This document shows, one piece after another, positions 11,571 through 21,288 of a DNA stretch of 64,000 bases. The position numbers were made by a program, and so were the translations under genes. The stretch spans positions 32,001 through 96,000 of the forward strand of contig JANOEP010000011.1 of NCBI GenBank assembly GCA_031441465.1. The letters are read 5' to 3'. How positions within the stretch are numbered: the stretch's first letter is position 1; every line of letters begins with the position of its first letter. The notes under the pieces were generated by a model. That model was not told the DNA's origin. It saw nothing but the letters and a program-made list of their open reading frames with translations, and searched no databases. Origin of the DNA: a bacterium. Its GTDB lineage: Bacteria; Krumholzibacteriota; Krumholzibacteriia; LZORAL124-64-63.

Positions 11571-12833
11571 GTGAAGAAGTGGCTCATCATCGGCGCCGCG
11601 GTCATCGTGGTCGCGCTGATTGCCGTGAACCTGCTCAGGTCGTCCCAGAAGGCGCTGAGCGTCGAGGCGGGCAAGGTCGCCCGCAAGGATCTCGTCGAGG
11701 TCGTGACCGCGTCGGGGACCCTGACGCCGAAGCGCAAGGTCGACGTCAGCGCCTCGACGATCGGCAAAGTGACGCGCCTGGCCGTCCGCGAGGGGGACCG
11801 GGTCGAGCAGGGGCAACTGCTGCTGGAGATCGACCCGACCGAGTTCCGCTCCGTGGTCGACGGCCTGCAGGCCGCCGTGCGGACCGCGCGCGCCAACCTG
11901 GACCTCGCCCGTGCCGGCCGCGACAAGGCGAAGCAGGACCTCGAACGGGCCAGCTCCCTGTTCGGCAGCGGGCTGTCGTCGCAGGAACTGATCGACGGGG
12001 CCGAGGCCAACGCCCGCATCGAAGAGGCCCGCACCGCGTCCGCCGAGGCGTCCCTGCGCCAGACGGAGGCGAACCTCGCGCGGGCCCGCTACGACCTCGA
12101 CAAGGTCACCATCACCTCGCCGATGGCCGGCGTGGTCACGCGGCTGAACGTCGAGGAGGGCGAGAACGCCATCATGGGCACCCTCAACAACCCCGGCACC
12201 GTGCTGCTGACGGTGGCCGACCTGGCCACCATGGAGGCCGAGGTCGACGTGGACGAGACCGAGGTCGTGCGCGTGAAGCTCGGCCAGCCGGTCAAGGTCG
12301 AGGTGGACGCCTTCCCCGACACGTCCTTCGCCGGCACCGTGACCGAGATCGGCAACAGCCCCATCTACACCAGCACCGGGCAGAGCCAGCAGGCGGTGGA
12401 CTTCAAGATCACCGTCACGCTCGACGACCCCATCCAGGACGTGCGCCCCGGCCTGACCGCCAAGGCCGAGATCACCGTGGCCGACACGAAGCAGGCCCTC
12501 TGCGTGCCCATCGGCGCGGTGACCGTGCGCGAGTGGCCGCCCCTGCCCAAGGTCGGCAAGGGCCGGCGACCCCGGCCCACGACCGCCGCCGCCGACTCGG
12601 TCAAGCGCGAGGAACTCGAGGGCGTCTTCGTGATCGAGGGGGGCAAGGCCGTGTTCAAGACGGTCGAGATCGGCATCACCGGCGAGGAGGACTTCGAGAT
12701 CCTGACCGGCCTCACCGAGGGCCAGCAGATCGTCACCGGCCCGTTCCGCCTCCTGCGCGACCTGCAGCACGAGGAAGCGGTGAAGGTCGAGACCAAGAAG
12801 AAGAGCGCCGGCGCCGACAAGAAGCGGGACTGA
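11571..12833 (+). CDS. Efflux periplasmic adaptor (MacA/HlyD family)
   Basis: N-terminal anchor, VREGDRVEQGQLL lipoyl half-motif, coiled coil, ITSPMAG. Confidence 0.92.
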   Translation: MKKWLIIGAAVIVVALIAVNLLRSSQKALSVEAGKVARKDLVEVVTASGTLTPKRKVDVSASTIGKVTRLAVREGDRVEQGQLLLEIDPTEFRSVVDGLQAAVRTARANLDLARAGRDKAKQDLERASSLFGSGLSSQELIDGAEANARIEEARTASAEASLRQTEANLARARYDLDKVTITSPMAGVVTRLNVEEGENAIMGTLNNPGTVLLTVADLATMEAEVDVDETEVVRVKLGQPVKVEVDAFPDTSFAGTVTEIGNSPIYTSTGQSQQAVDFKITVTLDDPIQDVRPGLTAKAEITVADTKQALCVPIGAVTVREWPPLPKVGKGRRPRPTTAAADSVKREELEGVFVIEGGKAVFKTVEIGITGEEDFEILTGLTEGQQIVTGPFRLLRDLQHEEAVKVETKKKSAGADKKRD

Positions 12834-12836
12834 TCC

Positions 12837-14066
12837 ATGAACCTGTGGGAAGGGGTCCGCATCGCCCTGTCCAGCCTCTGGACGCACAAGCTGCGGACCT
12901 TCCTGACCCTGCTCGGCAACATCGTCGGCACGATGAGCGTCATCGCCGTCGTGTCGCTGATCAACGGCGTCGACCTCTACGCGCGCCGCGAAGTCCTCTC
13001 CGAGGGCTCGAACGTGTTCACGGTTTCGCGCGTGAACTTCTTCGACATCCTCACCGACATGGACGCCTTCCTGGCCTCGCTGAACAACCCCGAGCTGACC
13101 CTGGAGGACCGCGACTACCTGCGCGACCACATGCAGATGGCCTCCGAGGTCGGAGCCTCGCTCGAACGCACGGCCGACCTGCGCGCCGGCGCCAAGGAGT
13201 CCCGCGGCATCGAAGTGCGCGGCAAGACCGACGACTACTCCCGGCTCGAGGACCTGCCCCTGCACAGCGGCCGCCACCTGGCCGAGCACGACGTGTTCGC
13301 CAGCGCCCAGGTGGCGGTGATCGGCTGGGAGGTGGCCCAGGACCTGTTCCCCGGCGTGACCGACCCCGTCGGGCGCGACTTCAAGCTGTCCGGGCGGCAC
13401 TTCCGCGTCATCGGCGTCGCCGACGACCGCGGCTCCATGCTCGGCAACAGCCGCAACCGTTTCGCGGTGGTGCCGATCACGGCCTGGATGAAGTCCTTCG
13501 GCGGGCGCGAGTCGATCGACATCAAGATCGCCGCCGTCGACCTGCCCCTGCTCGCCGACGCCAAGGAGGAGGCGCGCCACCTGATGCGCCTGCGCCACCA
13601 GCTGCGCCCGAAGGAGAAGGACGACTTCGGCATCGTGACCATGGACGAGCTGCTCTCGCTCTGGTCGGGCATCTCCAAGGCCATCTACGGCGCGTTGGTG
13701 CCGCTGGTGGGGATCAGCCTGGTGGTGGGCGGCATCGTGCTGATGAACATCATGCTGGTGGCGGTGACCGAGCGGACCCGCGAGGTGGGCATCCGCAAGG
13801 CCGTCGGGGCGAGGCGGACGGCGATCCTCTGGCAGTTCCTGGTGGAGTCGATCACCCTGTCGATGACCGGCGGCGTGCTGGGCATCAGCATCGGACTGGG
13901 GCTGGCCCTGCTCATCTCGGTGCTGTCGCCGCTGCCGTTCGCCTTCGCGAGCTGGTCGATCGGCGCGGGCCTCGCGGTGACCTTCGTCATCGGGCTGGTC
14001 TTCGGCACCTACCCCGCCTGGAAAGCGGCCGGCCTCGACCCGGTGGAGGCGTTGCGCCATGAGTAG
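12837..14066 (+). CDS. ABC transporter permease (MacB/FtsX family)
   Basis: GGIVLMNIMLVAVTERTREVGIRKAVGA; ends DPVEALRHE. Confidence 0.93.
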   Translation: MNLWEGVRIALSSLWTHKLRTFLTLLGNIVGTMSVIAVVSLINGVDLYARREVLSEGSNVFTVSRVNFFDILTDMDAFLASLNNPELTLEDRDYLRDHMQMASEVGASLERTADLRAGAKESRGIEVRGKTDDYSRLEDLPLHSGRHLAEHDVFASAQVAVIGWEVAQDLFPGVTDPVGRDFKLSGRHFRVIGVADDRGSMLGNSRNRFAVVPITAWMKSFGGRESIDIKIAAVDLPLLADAKEEARHLMRLRHQLRPKEKDDFGIVTMDELLSLWSGISKAIYGALVPLVGISLVVGGIVLMNIMLVAVTERTREVGIRKAVGARRTAILWQFLVESITLSMTGGVLGISIGLGLALLISVLSPLPFAFASWSIGAGLAVTFVIGLVFGTYPAWKAAGLDPVEALRHE

Positions 14067-15297
14067 CAGCGCCATGCACGCGCGCGAAGGGGTCCACCAG
14101 GCGCTCCTGACGATCCGGGGCCACCGGTTGCGCAGCGCCCTGTTGATCCTCGGCGTGGCCATCGGCGTGGCGACGCTGCTGGCGATCTACACCATCGTCT
14201 CCGGCCTGAGCGGGCGCATCCGCAGCGACATCGTCTCCTCGGCCAAACCCTACCTCTACATCGCCCGGCACTCGGGCCTCGGCGGCGAGGACCCCGAGGA
14301 GGCCCTGCGCCGGCCACAGTTGATGCCGGAGCTGATCGCGCCCCTGGACGCGCTGCCCGGCGTGGACGGCGTGGACTACATGATCACCAGCGGGCGGGCG
14401 ACGATCCTGACCTACGGCAAGGAGCGCACCAACCTGGTGCAGATCTTCGGCGCCTCGTCGAACTTCGCCTCGCTCTACTCGTTCACCCTGGCCGAGGGGC
14501 GCTACTTCACCTTCGACGAACAGGACTCCCGCACCCGCGTCTGCGTGCTCGGCAGCGGCCCGTCCGAGGCCCTGTTCCCCGGGATCGACCCCGTCGGCAA
14601 GACCCTGCGCCTGTTCGGCACGGAGTACCGGGTCGTCGGCGCCATGGAGAGCCGCCGCCATATCTTCGGCGCGATGGGGGACAATTTCGTCGTGGTGCCG
14701 TGGACCTCCTACGAGAAGGACTTCTCGACCGGCGAGTACGACGACCGCACGCTGGCCGTCACGGTGGTCGACGGCTTCGAGACCGACGACGTCGCCGCCG
14801 ACGTCACCGGCGCCCTGCGCCGCGGGCGCGGCCTCAGGCCCGGCGAGAAGGACGACTTCGCGGTGGTCGCCTCGGAAACCTACGGCGAACTCGTCGACAA
14901 GGTGACCCAGGGCGTCGCCCTGATGCTGGTGGTGCTGTCGAGCATCGGCCTGATGGTCGGCGGCATCGGCGTGATGAACATCATGCTGATCTCGGTCACC
15001 GAGCGCACCCGGGAGATCGGCGTGCGCATGGCCATCGGCGCCCGTCGTCAGGACGTGCTGCGGCAGATCCTGGTCGAGGCCGCCACCCTGACCGCCATCG
15101 GCGGCGTCATCGGCGTCGTGCTGGGCTACCTCGCGGCCTGGGGCGGCACCAAGGTCCTGCGCTTCCCCTTCGCCCTGAGCCCCTGGATCGTGCTGATCGC
15201 GGTGCTGTTCTCCGCGGGGATCGGCATCGTCTTCGGGCTGTACCCCGCCAACCGCGCGGCGCGCATGGATCCCATCGAAGCCCTGCGCCACGAGTAA
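14059..15297 (+). CDS. ABC transporter permease (MacB/FtsX family)
   Basis: GGIGVMNIMLISVTERTREIGVRMAIGA; ends DPIEALRHE. Confidence 0.93.
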   Translation: MSSSAMHAREGVHQALLTIRGHRLRSALLILGVAIGVATLLAIYTIVSGLSGRIRSDIVSSAKPYLYIARHSGLGGEDPEEALRRPQLMPELIAPLDALPGVDGVDYMITSGRATILTYGKERTNLVQIFGASSNFASLYSFTLAEGRYFTFDEQDSRTRVCVLGSGPSEALFPGIDPVGKTLRLFGTEYRVVGAMESRRHIFGAMGDNFVVVPWTSYEKDFSTGEYDDRTLAVTVVDGFETDDVAADVTGALRRGRGLRPGEKDDFAVVASETYGELVDKVTQGVALMLVVLSSIGLMVGGIGVMNIMLISVTERTREIGVRMAIGARRQDVLRQILVEAATLTAIGGVIGVVLGYLAAWGGTKVLRFPFALSPWIVLIAVLFSAGIGIVFGLYPANRAARMDPIEALRHE

Positions 15298-15299
15298 CA

Positions 15300-15471
15300 C
15301 ACCCCGGTGACGAACAGGACACACGGATCGTCCCGTCGCGGGGGGCGCTCGCCGGACACATCCTGTGTCCGGCTCGCTCGACTTGCGTCCCTCTGCGCCC
15401 TCCTGGCGCAGAGGGCCTCCAGACGCCCCCGCGACGGGACGATCCGTGTGTCCTGTTCGTGGACCGGGGTG
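15300..15471 (+). repeat. Cruciform extragenic palindromic element, copy 1
   Basis: 35-bp perfect inverted arms (15310-15344/15426-15460) enclose hairpins 15351-15373 and 15389-15415. Confidence 0.85.
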
Positions 15472-15594
15472 GATTGGGGGAGAGGTGGGGACGATGCGAC
15501 CGGGCTCAGCGCACCAGGGACATCATGGTCGTCGCGACCGTGCCGGGCGAGGTAGGTGCCCGAGGGGTAGGTGCGGCAGCGCAACCGCCGCGGT

Positions 15595-15966
15595 TTATCG
15601 CCGCGCGAGGCAGGACGCGGCCAGCAACCCCCAGCCCGCCAGGAAGAACACCCCGCCGAAGGGCGTGACGATCCCCAGCTTGCGCAGGCCGGTGAGCGCG
15701 AGGGCGTAGAGGCTGCCCGAGAACAGCAGCGTGCCGGCGAGGAAGCACCAGCCGGCGGCGCGGGCGGGCGCCGGTGACGCCGCGCCGCCGCCGGCGGCCC
15801 AGGCGGCCGCGAGCAGGGCGAAGGCGTGGTACATCTGGTAGCGGGCGCCGGTCTCGAAGATCGTCAGCATCTCCGGCGTGAGCTTCGACTTCAGGCCGTG
15901 GGCGGCGAACGCGCCCAGAGCGACGGCGACCAGGCCGGACACGGCGCCGGCGAACGCGAAGTTCAT
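15595..15966 (-). CDS. DUF423 family membrane protein
   Basis: LGAFAAHGL, ETGARYQMYH, LFSGSLY, TPFGG. Confidence 0.9.
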   Translation of the reverse strand: MNFAFAGAVSGLVAVALGAFAAHGLKSKLTPEMLTIFETGARYQMYHAFALLAAAWAAGGGAASPAPARAAGWCFLAGTLLFSGSLYALALTGLRKLGIVTPFGGVFFLAGWGLLAASCLARR

Positions 15967-16778
15967 CAGATCTCCACCTTGAAGAGGCCCTTGACCGCCA
16001 GCCCGCCGGCGATCGAGAAGAGGCAGAAGCCCCACAGCCAGTCCGGCATGCCGAGACGGTTGCGGCCGCGCGCGGGCAGCTCGGCCCTGATCCCGGTGAT
16101 CGCGGCGCCGGCCGGCAGGGGCGATTCGGCGGGATGCAACAGGACGTGACGCCAGCCCGAGGCGACGCGGTCCGAGCCGAGGCGGCCCAGGGCGCGGTCG
16201 GGGGCGAGACGCTTTTCCCAGCGACCGGCGCCGTCGGAGACGGCGAGCGCCGCAGGTGCGTCGCGCTCGGCCCGCACACGCCACCAGACGGCCCGACCGG
16301 CCCGGTCGCGCACGGGTCCGGCCGCCACGGCCAACCCGGGTCCGGGTTCGATCACGAGGCGGTCCGGCGCTGCGTCCGGCGCGTAGCGCGCCGTGACCAG
16401 GATCTCCTCGCCGGCCCGCAGGGCGCGGTGCTGATAGCGCGCGTCGAGCTGCACGATCACCAGCAACGCCAGCGGCAGCAGCACCAGCAGCGCGGGCAGC
16501 GACACCAGCAGGTAGCGCAGGTTCGCCACCAGCAGCCGCGCCTGCAGGCGCGCCATCACGGCCAACGAGTCCTGGTACAGGCTCAGCTCGTAGAGGCCGC
16601 CGGTCAGTTCGCGGCGGCGGCGGGCCAACAGGTCCTGGTTCGTCGTGAGCTTGAACAGCCACAGCATCGCGACGCCGGCGAGCGCCGACACGACGGCGAG
16701 GCCCGCCCACGGCGCGGCGCCGAAGGGGCGCAGCAGCAGGTCGAACAGGCCGTTCAGCAGCGAGGCGAACCAGGTCAC
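15966..16778 (-). CDS. Hypothetical membrane protein
   Basis: TM segments at both ends; coupled to neighbours in the operon. Confidence 0.7.
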   Translation of the reverse strand: MTWFASLLNGLFDLLLRPFGAAPWAGLAVVSALAGVAMLWLFKLTTNQDLLARRRRELTGGLYELSLYQDSLAVMARLQARLLVANLRYLLVSLPALLVLLPLALLVIVQLDARYQHRALRAGEEILVTARYAPDAAPDRLVIEPGPGLAVAAGPVRDRAGRAVWWRVRAERDAPAALAVSDGAGRWEKRLAPDRALGRLGSDRVASGWRHVLLHPAESPLPAGAAITGIRAELPARGRNRLGMPDWLWGFCLFSIAGGLAVKGLFKVEI

Positions 16779-16788
16779 CGCGGACTCC

Positions 16789-16983
16789 TCAGGAGATGTA
16801 GCCGAGGCCCTGCATGCGCTTGCGGATCTCGTCCTCGGAGGCGCCGCCTTCCTCGAACTTCGCGATCTCGCGCTCGAGCACGTGGCGGACGAACTCCTCG
16901 GGCGAGGCGTAGCCGGCGATCCCCGAGTACTTGCGGATCTTGGCCAGGAGAGCCTTGTCGATCTTGACGGCGGGTCCGAACAT
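16789..16983 (-). CDS. Small CopG/RHH-like protein ending in an LGY motif (64 aa)
   Basis: MFGPAVKIDKALLAKIRKYSGIAGYASPEEFVRHVLERE...EDEIRKRMQGLGYIS; GGAGG RBS, TGATG overlap. Confidence 0.75.
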   Translation of the reverse strand: MFGPAVKIDKALLAKIRKYSGIAGYASPEEFVRHVLEREIAKFEEGGASEDEIRKRMQGLGYIS

Positions 16984-18968
16984 CAGCGACCTCCCGTGAA
17001 GAGGGGGCTGCCGACCATCTCCGGCAGCGGTGCGATCCCGAACAGGGAGAGGAACGTCGGGGCCAGGTCCAGCAGGGTCGGGTCGGTCTTGTCGATCCGC
17101 CGGCTGCTGATGATGATCCCAGGCACCTCGTCGGCGGCCATGCAGTGGTCGCCGCTCCACTTCATCATGTTGTCGACGAACAACGACGCGGGCACCTCGC
17201 CCAGGGCCGATTCGTTCGAGCCGCGGTAACCCCGGTAGTAGCCCAGGACGATGTCCGGGGCCTCGTGCGCGTGCTGGCCGTGGTAGACCTCGTCGGTGCG
17301 GTAGGCGTACTTGATCGCCCGCCGGCCGGTGACCGGATCGACCGCCGCCTCCAGGCCGGCGACCAGCTCCCGCAGCAGGGCCTCGCGCCCGGCGCCGGCG
17401 TCGACGATCCCGCGCGCCTCCCGCCCCTGCAGGTTGAGGTAGAGGCCGTTGATGCCGATGGCGTAGGCCCGGGTGCGGTCCCAGTCGATCCCCGACAAGT
17501 ACGTCACGTCACCCGGCGCGACGCCGGGCTGCAGGACCAGGTAGCCGTGATCGTACAGCCAGCGGTTGACATGGAAGGAGCGGTGGTAGGGCGCGAAGCC
17601 GTGGTCGCTCAGCACCAGCACCAGGGTCTCGTCGTCCGCGCGCTCCAGGGCCAGGCCCAGGGCGCGGTCGCAGGCCCGGTAGACGTCGCGGATGCGGTGC
17701 TCGTGGCGCTCGTCGTCGGGGTCGTGCAGGGGCGAGCCGTGGTCCATGTTGCGCCAGAAGGTGTGGCAGGTCTGGTCCGGGCTGTTGAAGTAGAAGAACA
17801 GGAAGCCGCTCTTCTGCGCGGCGAAGCGGGCGAGTTCGTGGCTCAGCTGCCGCTCGAGTTCCTCGAAGACCAGCGTCGACTGCGCCACGTAGTCGTCGTC
17901 GTCGAAGACGCCCTCTTCGAGCGCCTTGGTGTCGTCGGGCAGGCCCTGCGTGTAGAAGGGGCCCAGCGCCGCGGCCAGCTCGCGCGACCAGTCGGCGGGC
18001 GTGCTGATGGGCATCTCCGGCGCGGCGGGGTCGAGGTTCACCGGCGTGACGTACAGCTTGAACGTCGGCGACGCCTCCTTCAGGTAGAAGCGGCAGACGC
18101 CGCGCACGGTCTTCAGGGCGGGTACCAGCCGGAAGCGCAGCGTGACCCAGTCGCTCCACTCGCCCTGCTGCAGCAGGAAGCGCTCGCCGTCGACGTCGAA
18201 CAGGGCGCTGCCGTGCTCGCGATCCACCACGACCTCGAAGGGCAGCCGCGATTCCGGGTCGCCCGCGCGGTAGGTGTTGGCCGGGCCGATCAGTTCGGCC
18301 CACACGCGGCCGTCCCGCACCGCGACCGGCACGTGGCGGCCGCCGGACATCTCGATCTCTTCCGTGACGTCCTCGGTGAAGTAGCTATAGATGCCGTAGG
18401 TGCCCAGGATGTCGGGCGTTCCCATGCCGGACAGCGTGTGCGCCTCGCACTCGACCGGCGGGAAGTTCGCGGGCATCTTGAAGACCGTCGCCGGGACGCC
18501 CGCCGCGTCCAACAGCTGCCAGAAGGCGGCGCCGTCGCGCAGGTTCTCGACGCGGCTCTCGTCGCGGGGGAACTTCCAGGGCCCGATCTTCCACCAGCGC
18601 TGCGACTCCATGGCCTGGGCGGCCGACAAGTAGGGCGTCAGCGTGGCCGGGTTGCGGTGGATGAAGTCGAAGATGCCGTGGCCGCCGGGGTCCATGCCGG
18701 TGATGAAGTTCGACCAGGCCACCGGCGACTGGGGCGGGATCGCCGTGCCCAGCGGCCGGTAGTCGCCGCGCGCGATCAGGGCGTCGAAGTTGGGCATCGA
18801 GCCGTCGGCGCGGAACCGGTCCAGCAGCTGCGGGTCCATGCCGTCGAAACCGAGGCACAGCACCTTCGGCGGCGTCGCGGCGGTCGCCGCGCCGCAGACG
18901 GCGGCCACGAGCAGCAGGCCCAGGGCCGCGGCCGGCAGGTTGATCGGTCCGGCGCGGCGCGGGCTCAC
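16983..18968 (-). CDS. Alkaline phosphatase superfamily protein (type I phosphodiesterase/NPP-like), secreted
   Basis: Signal peptide, GFDGMDP, PPQSPVAWS, SDHGF, WSGDH; GTG start overlaps the upstream stop. Confidence 0.88.
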   Translation of the reverse strand: MSPRRAGPINLPAAALGLLLVAAVCGAATAATPPKVLCLGFDGMDPQLLDRFRADGSMPNFDALIARGDYRPLGTAIPPQSPVAWSNFITGMDPGGHGIFDFIHRNPATLTPYLSAAQAMESQRWWKIGPWKFPRDESRVENLRDGAAFWQLLDAAGVPATVFKMPANFPPVECEAHTLSGMGTPDILGTYGIYSYFTEDVTEEIEMSGGRHVPVAVRDGRVWAELIGPANTYRAGDPESRLPFEVVVDREHGSALFDVDGERFLLQQGEWSDWVTLRFRLVPALKTVRGVCRFYLKEASPTFKLYVTPVNLDPAAPEMPISTPADWSRELAAALGPFYTQGLPDDTKALEEGVFDDDDYVAQSTLVFEELERQLSHELARFAAQKSGFLFFYFNSPDQTCHTFWRNMDHGSPLHDPDDERHEHRIRDVYRACDRALGLALERADDETLVLVLSDHGFAPYHRSFHVNRWLYDHGYLVLQPGVAPGDVTYLSGIDWDRTRAYAIGINGLYLNLQGREARGIVDAGAGREALLRELVAGLEAAVDPVTGRRAIKYAYRTDEVYHGQHAHEAPDIVLGYYRGYRGSNESALGEVPASLFVDNMMKWSGDHCMAADEVPGIIISSRRIDKTDPTLLDLAPTFLSLFGIAPLPEMVGSPLFTGGR

Positions 18969-21175
18969 GAGGCACCTCCGTCGGGCAGCAGGCTCCGGCC
19001 GGTCATCCATTCCGGCTTCGCGATGCCGAACAGGTCCAGGATGGTCGGCGCCAGGTCGGTCAGCGCCGGCTTCGTCGCGGTGAACGGCAGCGACGAGAAG
19101 AGGATCCCCGGCACCAGGCGCGGGTCGACGCAGTGGTCGCCCGACCAGCTGCGGGTGTTGTCCTCGAAGACGTCGGCGGTGATGCGGCCCACCGCGGCGT
19201 CCCAGCCCGTGCGCCAGCCGACCTTGTAGCCGACCACCAGGTCGGGGCCGTTGCCGGTGTAGGGGCCGTGGTAGCACTCCCGCCCGTCCCAGACGCCGTT
19301 CACGCAGGTGCAGTGGCGCTCGGGGTCGCGCAGGTCCCGCAGCTTCGCCGCCAGTTCCAGCTTCAGCGCGTCGGCCGCGTCGGCCTCGACGATCCCGCGG
19401 GCCTCGCGGCCCTTCAGGTTGAGGTAGAAACCGCCGAGGCCCGTGGCGTAGGCGCGGGTGCGCGACCAGTCGACGCGCGTCGGCTCGACCCTGGCGCCCG
19501 GGGCGACGTCCGGCAACGGTCCGGCGGCGGGATCGTCCAGCAGGAACAGGTAGCCGTGCTCCCGCAGCCAGGTGTTGAGGTTCACGCAGCGCTGGAAGGT
19601 CTTGAAGCCGTGGTCCGAGACGACCAGCAGCACGTCGCCGGGCCGCATCTTGTCCATCGTCTCGCCCACCAGCGCGTCGGCGCGGTCGTAGAGGTCCCGG
19701 ATGGCGTGGCGGTGGCGCTCGACGTCCTTGCCCGGGTTGGCCGGGTGCGCGGGGTCGAGGTAGCGGAAGAACATGTGCTGGATGCGGTCGGTGGCGTCGA
19801 ACACGACCGAGATCGAGCCGGTGCGCTGGCGGTCGAGCGCGTGGAAGAACTGACGGCGGCGCTCCTCGTGGATCTCGTAGGCCTGGTCCAGGAAGGCCTG
19901 CTCGTCGATGACGCGCTCGTTCAGGGCCCAGGTGTCCTCCGCCAGGCCCAGCGTGGCGAAGGGGCCGTGGAGCTTGCCCAGGGCCACGGCGTAGTGGGCG
20001 GGGTGGGAGATGGCCAGGGCCGGCTTCTCGGGGTCGAGGTGCACCGGGGTCACGTAGAAGCCGACCGGCTCCTCGAAGCTGGTGACGCGGATCTTGCAGA
20101 TGCCGTGAGCGGTCAGGCCCGGTCCGGCCCGGAAGGCCACCGGGATCCAGTCGCTGTTGCGGTCGGCGCCCAGCGTGAACGCGCGCTTGCCGACGCGGAA
20201 GTGCGCCAGGCGGGCCGCCGTGTCGAAGTTCGCTTCCAGGGGCACGCTCAGCGGCCGGCCGTCGAGATCGTCGGGGCCGGCCAAGCGCGCGCGGTAGGTG
20301 TCGCCGTCGCGGACGAGGCGGTTGCGCACCCCGCCGATCGTGTCGCTGTCGGCGACGGGGGCCACGCCGGCCGAGGCGCCGTCGATCGGGGCGCCGCCCG
20401 ACGGGTCGGAACTGTACCAGGAAAAGGTGCCCTGGGTGCCGCGCAGGTCGGGCACGCACATCGCCGACAGCATCTGCCCGTCGACCTTTTCGGGCGGGAA
20501 GGTGATCGGCACCCGCAGCACCGTGGCCTTGACGCCGTGCTCGCCCAGCACCTGCCAGAAGGCCTTGCTGCGCCGCAGCAGTTCGAAGCGGGGCTTGCCC
20601 AGGGGCAACCGCCAGGAACCCAGCTTCAGCACGCGGTCCGACGGCGTGAGCCGGGTGGAGGAGAGCACCGGCAGGTAGGTGTGCAGGTCGCGGTTGAGGA
20701 AATCGAAGATGTTGTGGCGTCCGGCGTCGACGCCGGTGGCGAAGCCCGACCACGCGACCGGCGACATCGCCGGCGTGGTCGTGGACAGCGGCCGGAAACC
20801 GCCCCTTGCCTGGAGGCGCCGGAAACCGGGCAGGCGACCCTCGCGCAGGCCCTGCTTGACCAGGCCGGGATCGAGGCCGTCGAGACCCAGCACGATGACC
20901 CGGCGGGCTCGGGCTCGGCGCAGGCGCCGCCGGCCGCGCAGGTACCGCATCAGCGTGCGCAGGGGCCACAGCAGCAGCGCGCCCATCGCCACGAACAGGC
21001 CGGCCAACCCGAACAGCACCGAACCTCCCAGCGCGAAGCCGGCGCCGGGACCGATGTACGCCGCGGCGGGCGCGGCGGCGCCGAGCGCGGCCATCCCGGC
21101 GACGACGGCGAAACCGCGCCCGCGCACGGAACGAGGTCCACTCCCGGGGCAGGTCTGGGTCGTGCGGCGCGGCAT
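18965..21175 (-). CDS. Alkaline phosphatase superfamily protein (NPP-like) with AYIGPG N-terminal membrane segment
   Basis: AYIGPGAG plus TM helix, GLDGLDP, PAMSPVAWS, SDHGF, WSGDH. Confidence 0.88.
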   Translation of the reverse strand: MPRRTTQTCPGSGPRSVRGRGFAVVAGMAALGAAAPAAAYIGPGAGFALGGSVLFGLAGLFVAMGALLLWPLRTLMRYLRGRRRLRRARARRVIVLGLDGLDPGLVKQGLREGRLPGFRRLQARGGFRPLSTTTPAMSPVAWSGFATGVDAGRHNIFDFLNRDLHTYLPVLSSTRLTPSDRVLKLGSWRLPLGKPRFELLRRSKAFWQVLGEHGVKATVLRVPITFPPEKVDGQMLSAMCVPDLRGTQGTFSWYSSDPSGGAPIDGASAGVAPVADSDTIGGVRNRLVRDGDTYRARLAGPDDLDGRPLSVPLEANFDTAARLAHFRVGKRAFTLGADRNSDWIPVAFRAGPGLTAHGICKIRVTSFEEPVGFYVTPVHLDPEKPALAISHPAHYAVALGKLHGPFATLGLAEDTWALNERVIDEQAFLDQAYEIHEERRRQFFHALDRQRTGSISVVFDATDRIQHMFFRYLDPAHPANPGKDVERHRHAIRDLYDRADALVGETMDKMRPGDVLLVVSDHGFKTFQRCVNLNTWLREHGYLFLLDDPAAGPLPDVAPGARVEPTRVDWSRTRAYATGLGGFYLNLKGREARGIVEADAADALKLELAAKLRDLRDPERHCTCVNGVWDGRECYHGPYTGNGPDLVVGYKVGWRTGWDAAVGRITADVFEDNTRSWSGDHCVDPRLVPGILFSSLPFTATKPALTDLAPTILDLFGIAKPEWMTGRSLLPDGGAS

Positions 21176-21288
21176 GGCGTGTCCCGGTCAAGTGGTCCGG
21201 TGAACGTGGTGGGGACGACCGTTCAGGATAGGTGAACTGGGTCGCGTTGGCATCTTAAAACCAGCGCCGGGGAACCCGGCGACGACGG

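Noticed and set aside
10701..14162. Very long antisense or alternate-frame ORFs (also 7542-9122, 52761-55109 and many others)
   Set aside because: Shadow ORFs of high-GC coding DNA; they overlap well-supported genes and have no motifs
15300..15471. CRISPR array or MITE
   Set aside because: No repeat-spacer periodicity or cas genes; terminal arms are not shared between copies and no target duplication is visible
16983..21191. 1402-aa ORF as one protein
   Set aside because: Real start is GTG at 18968; the upstream part is an off-frame overlap of the 18965-21175 gene
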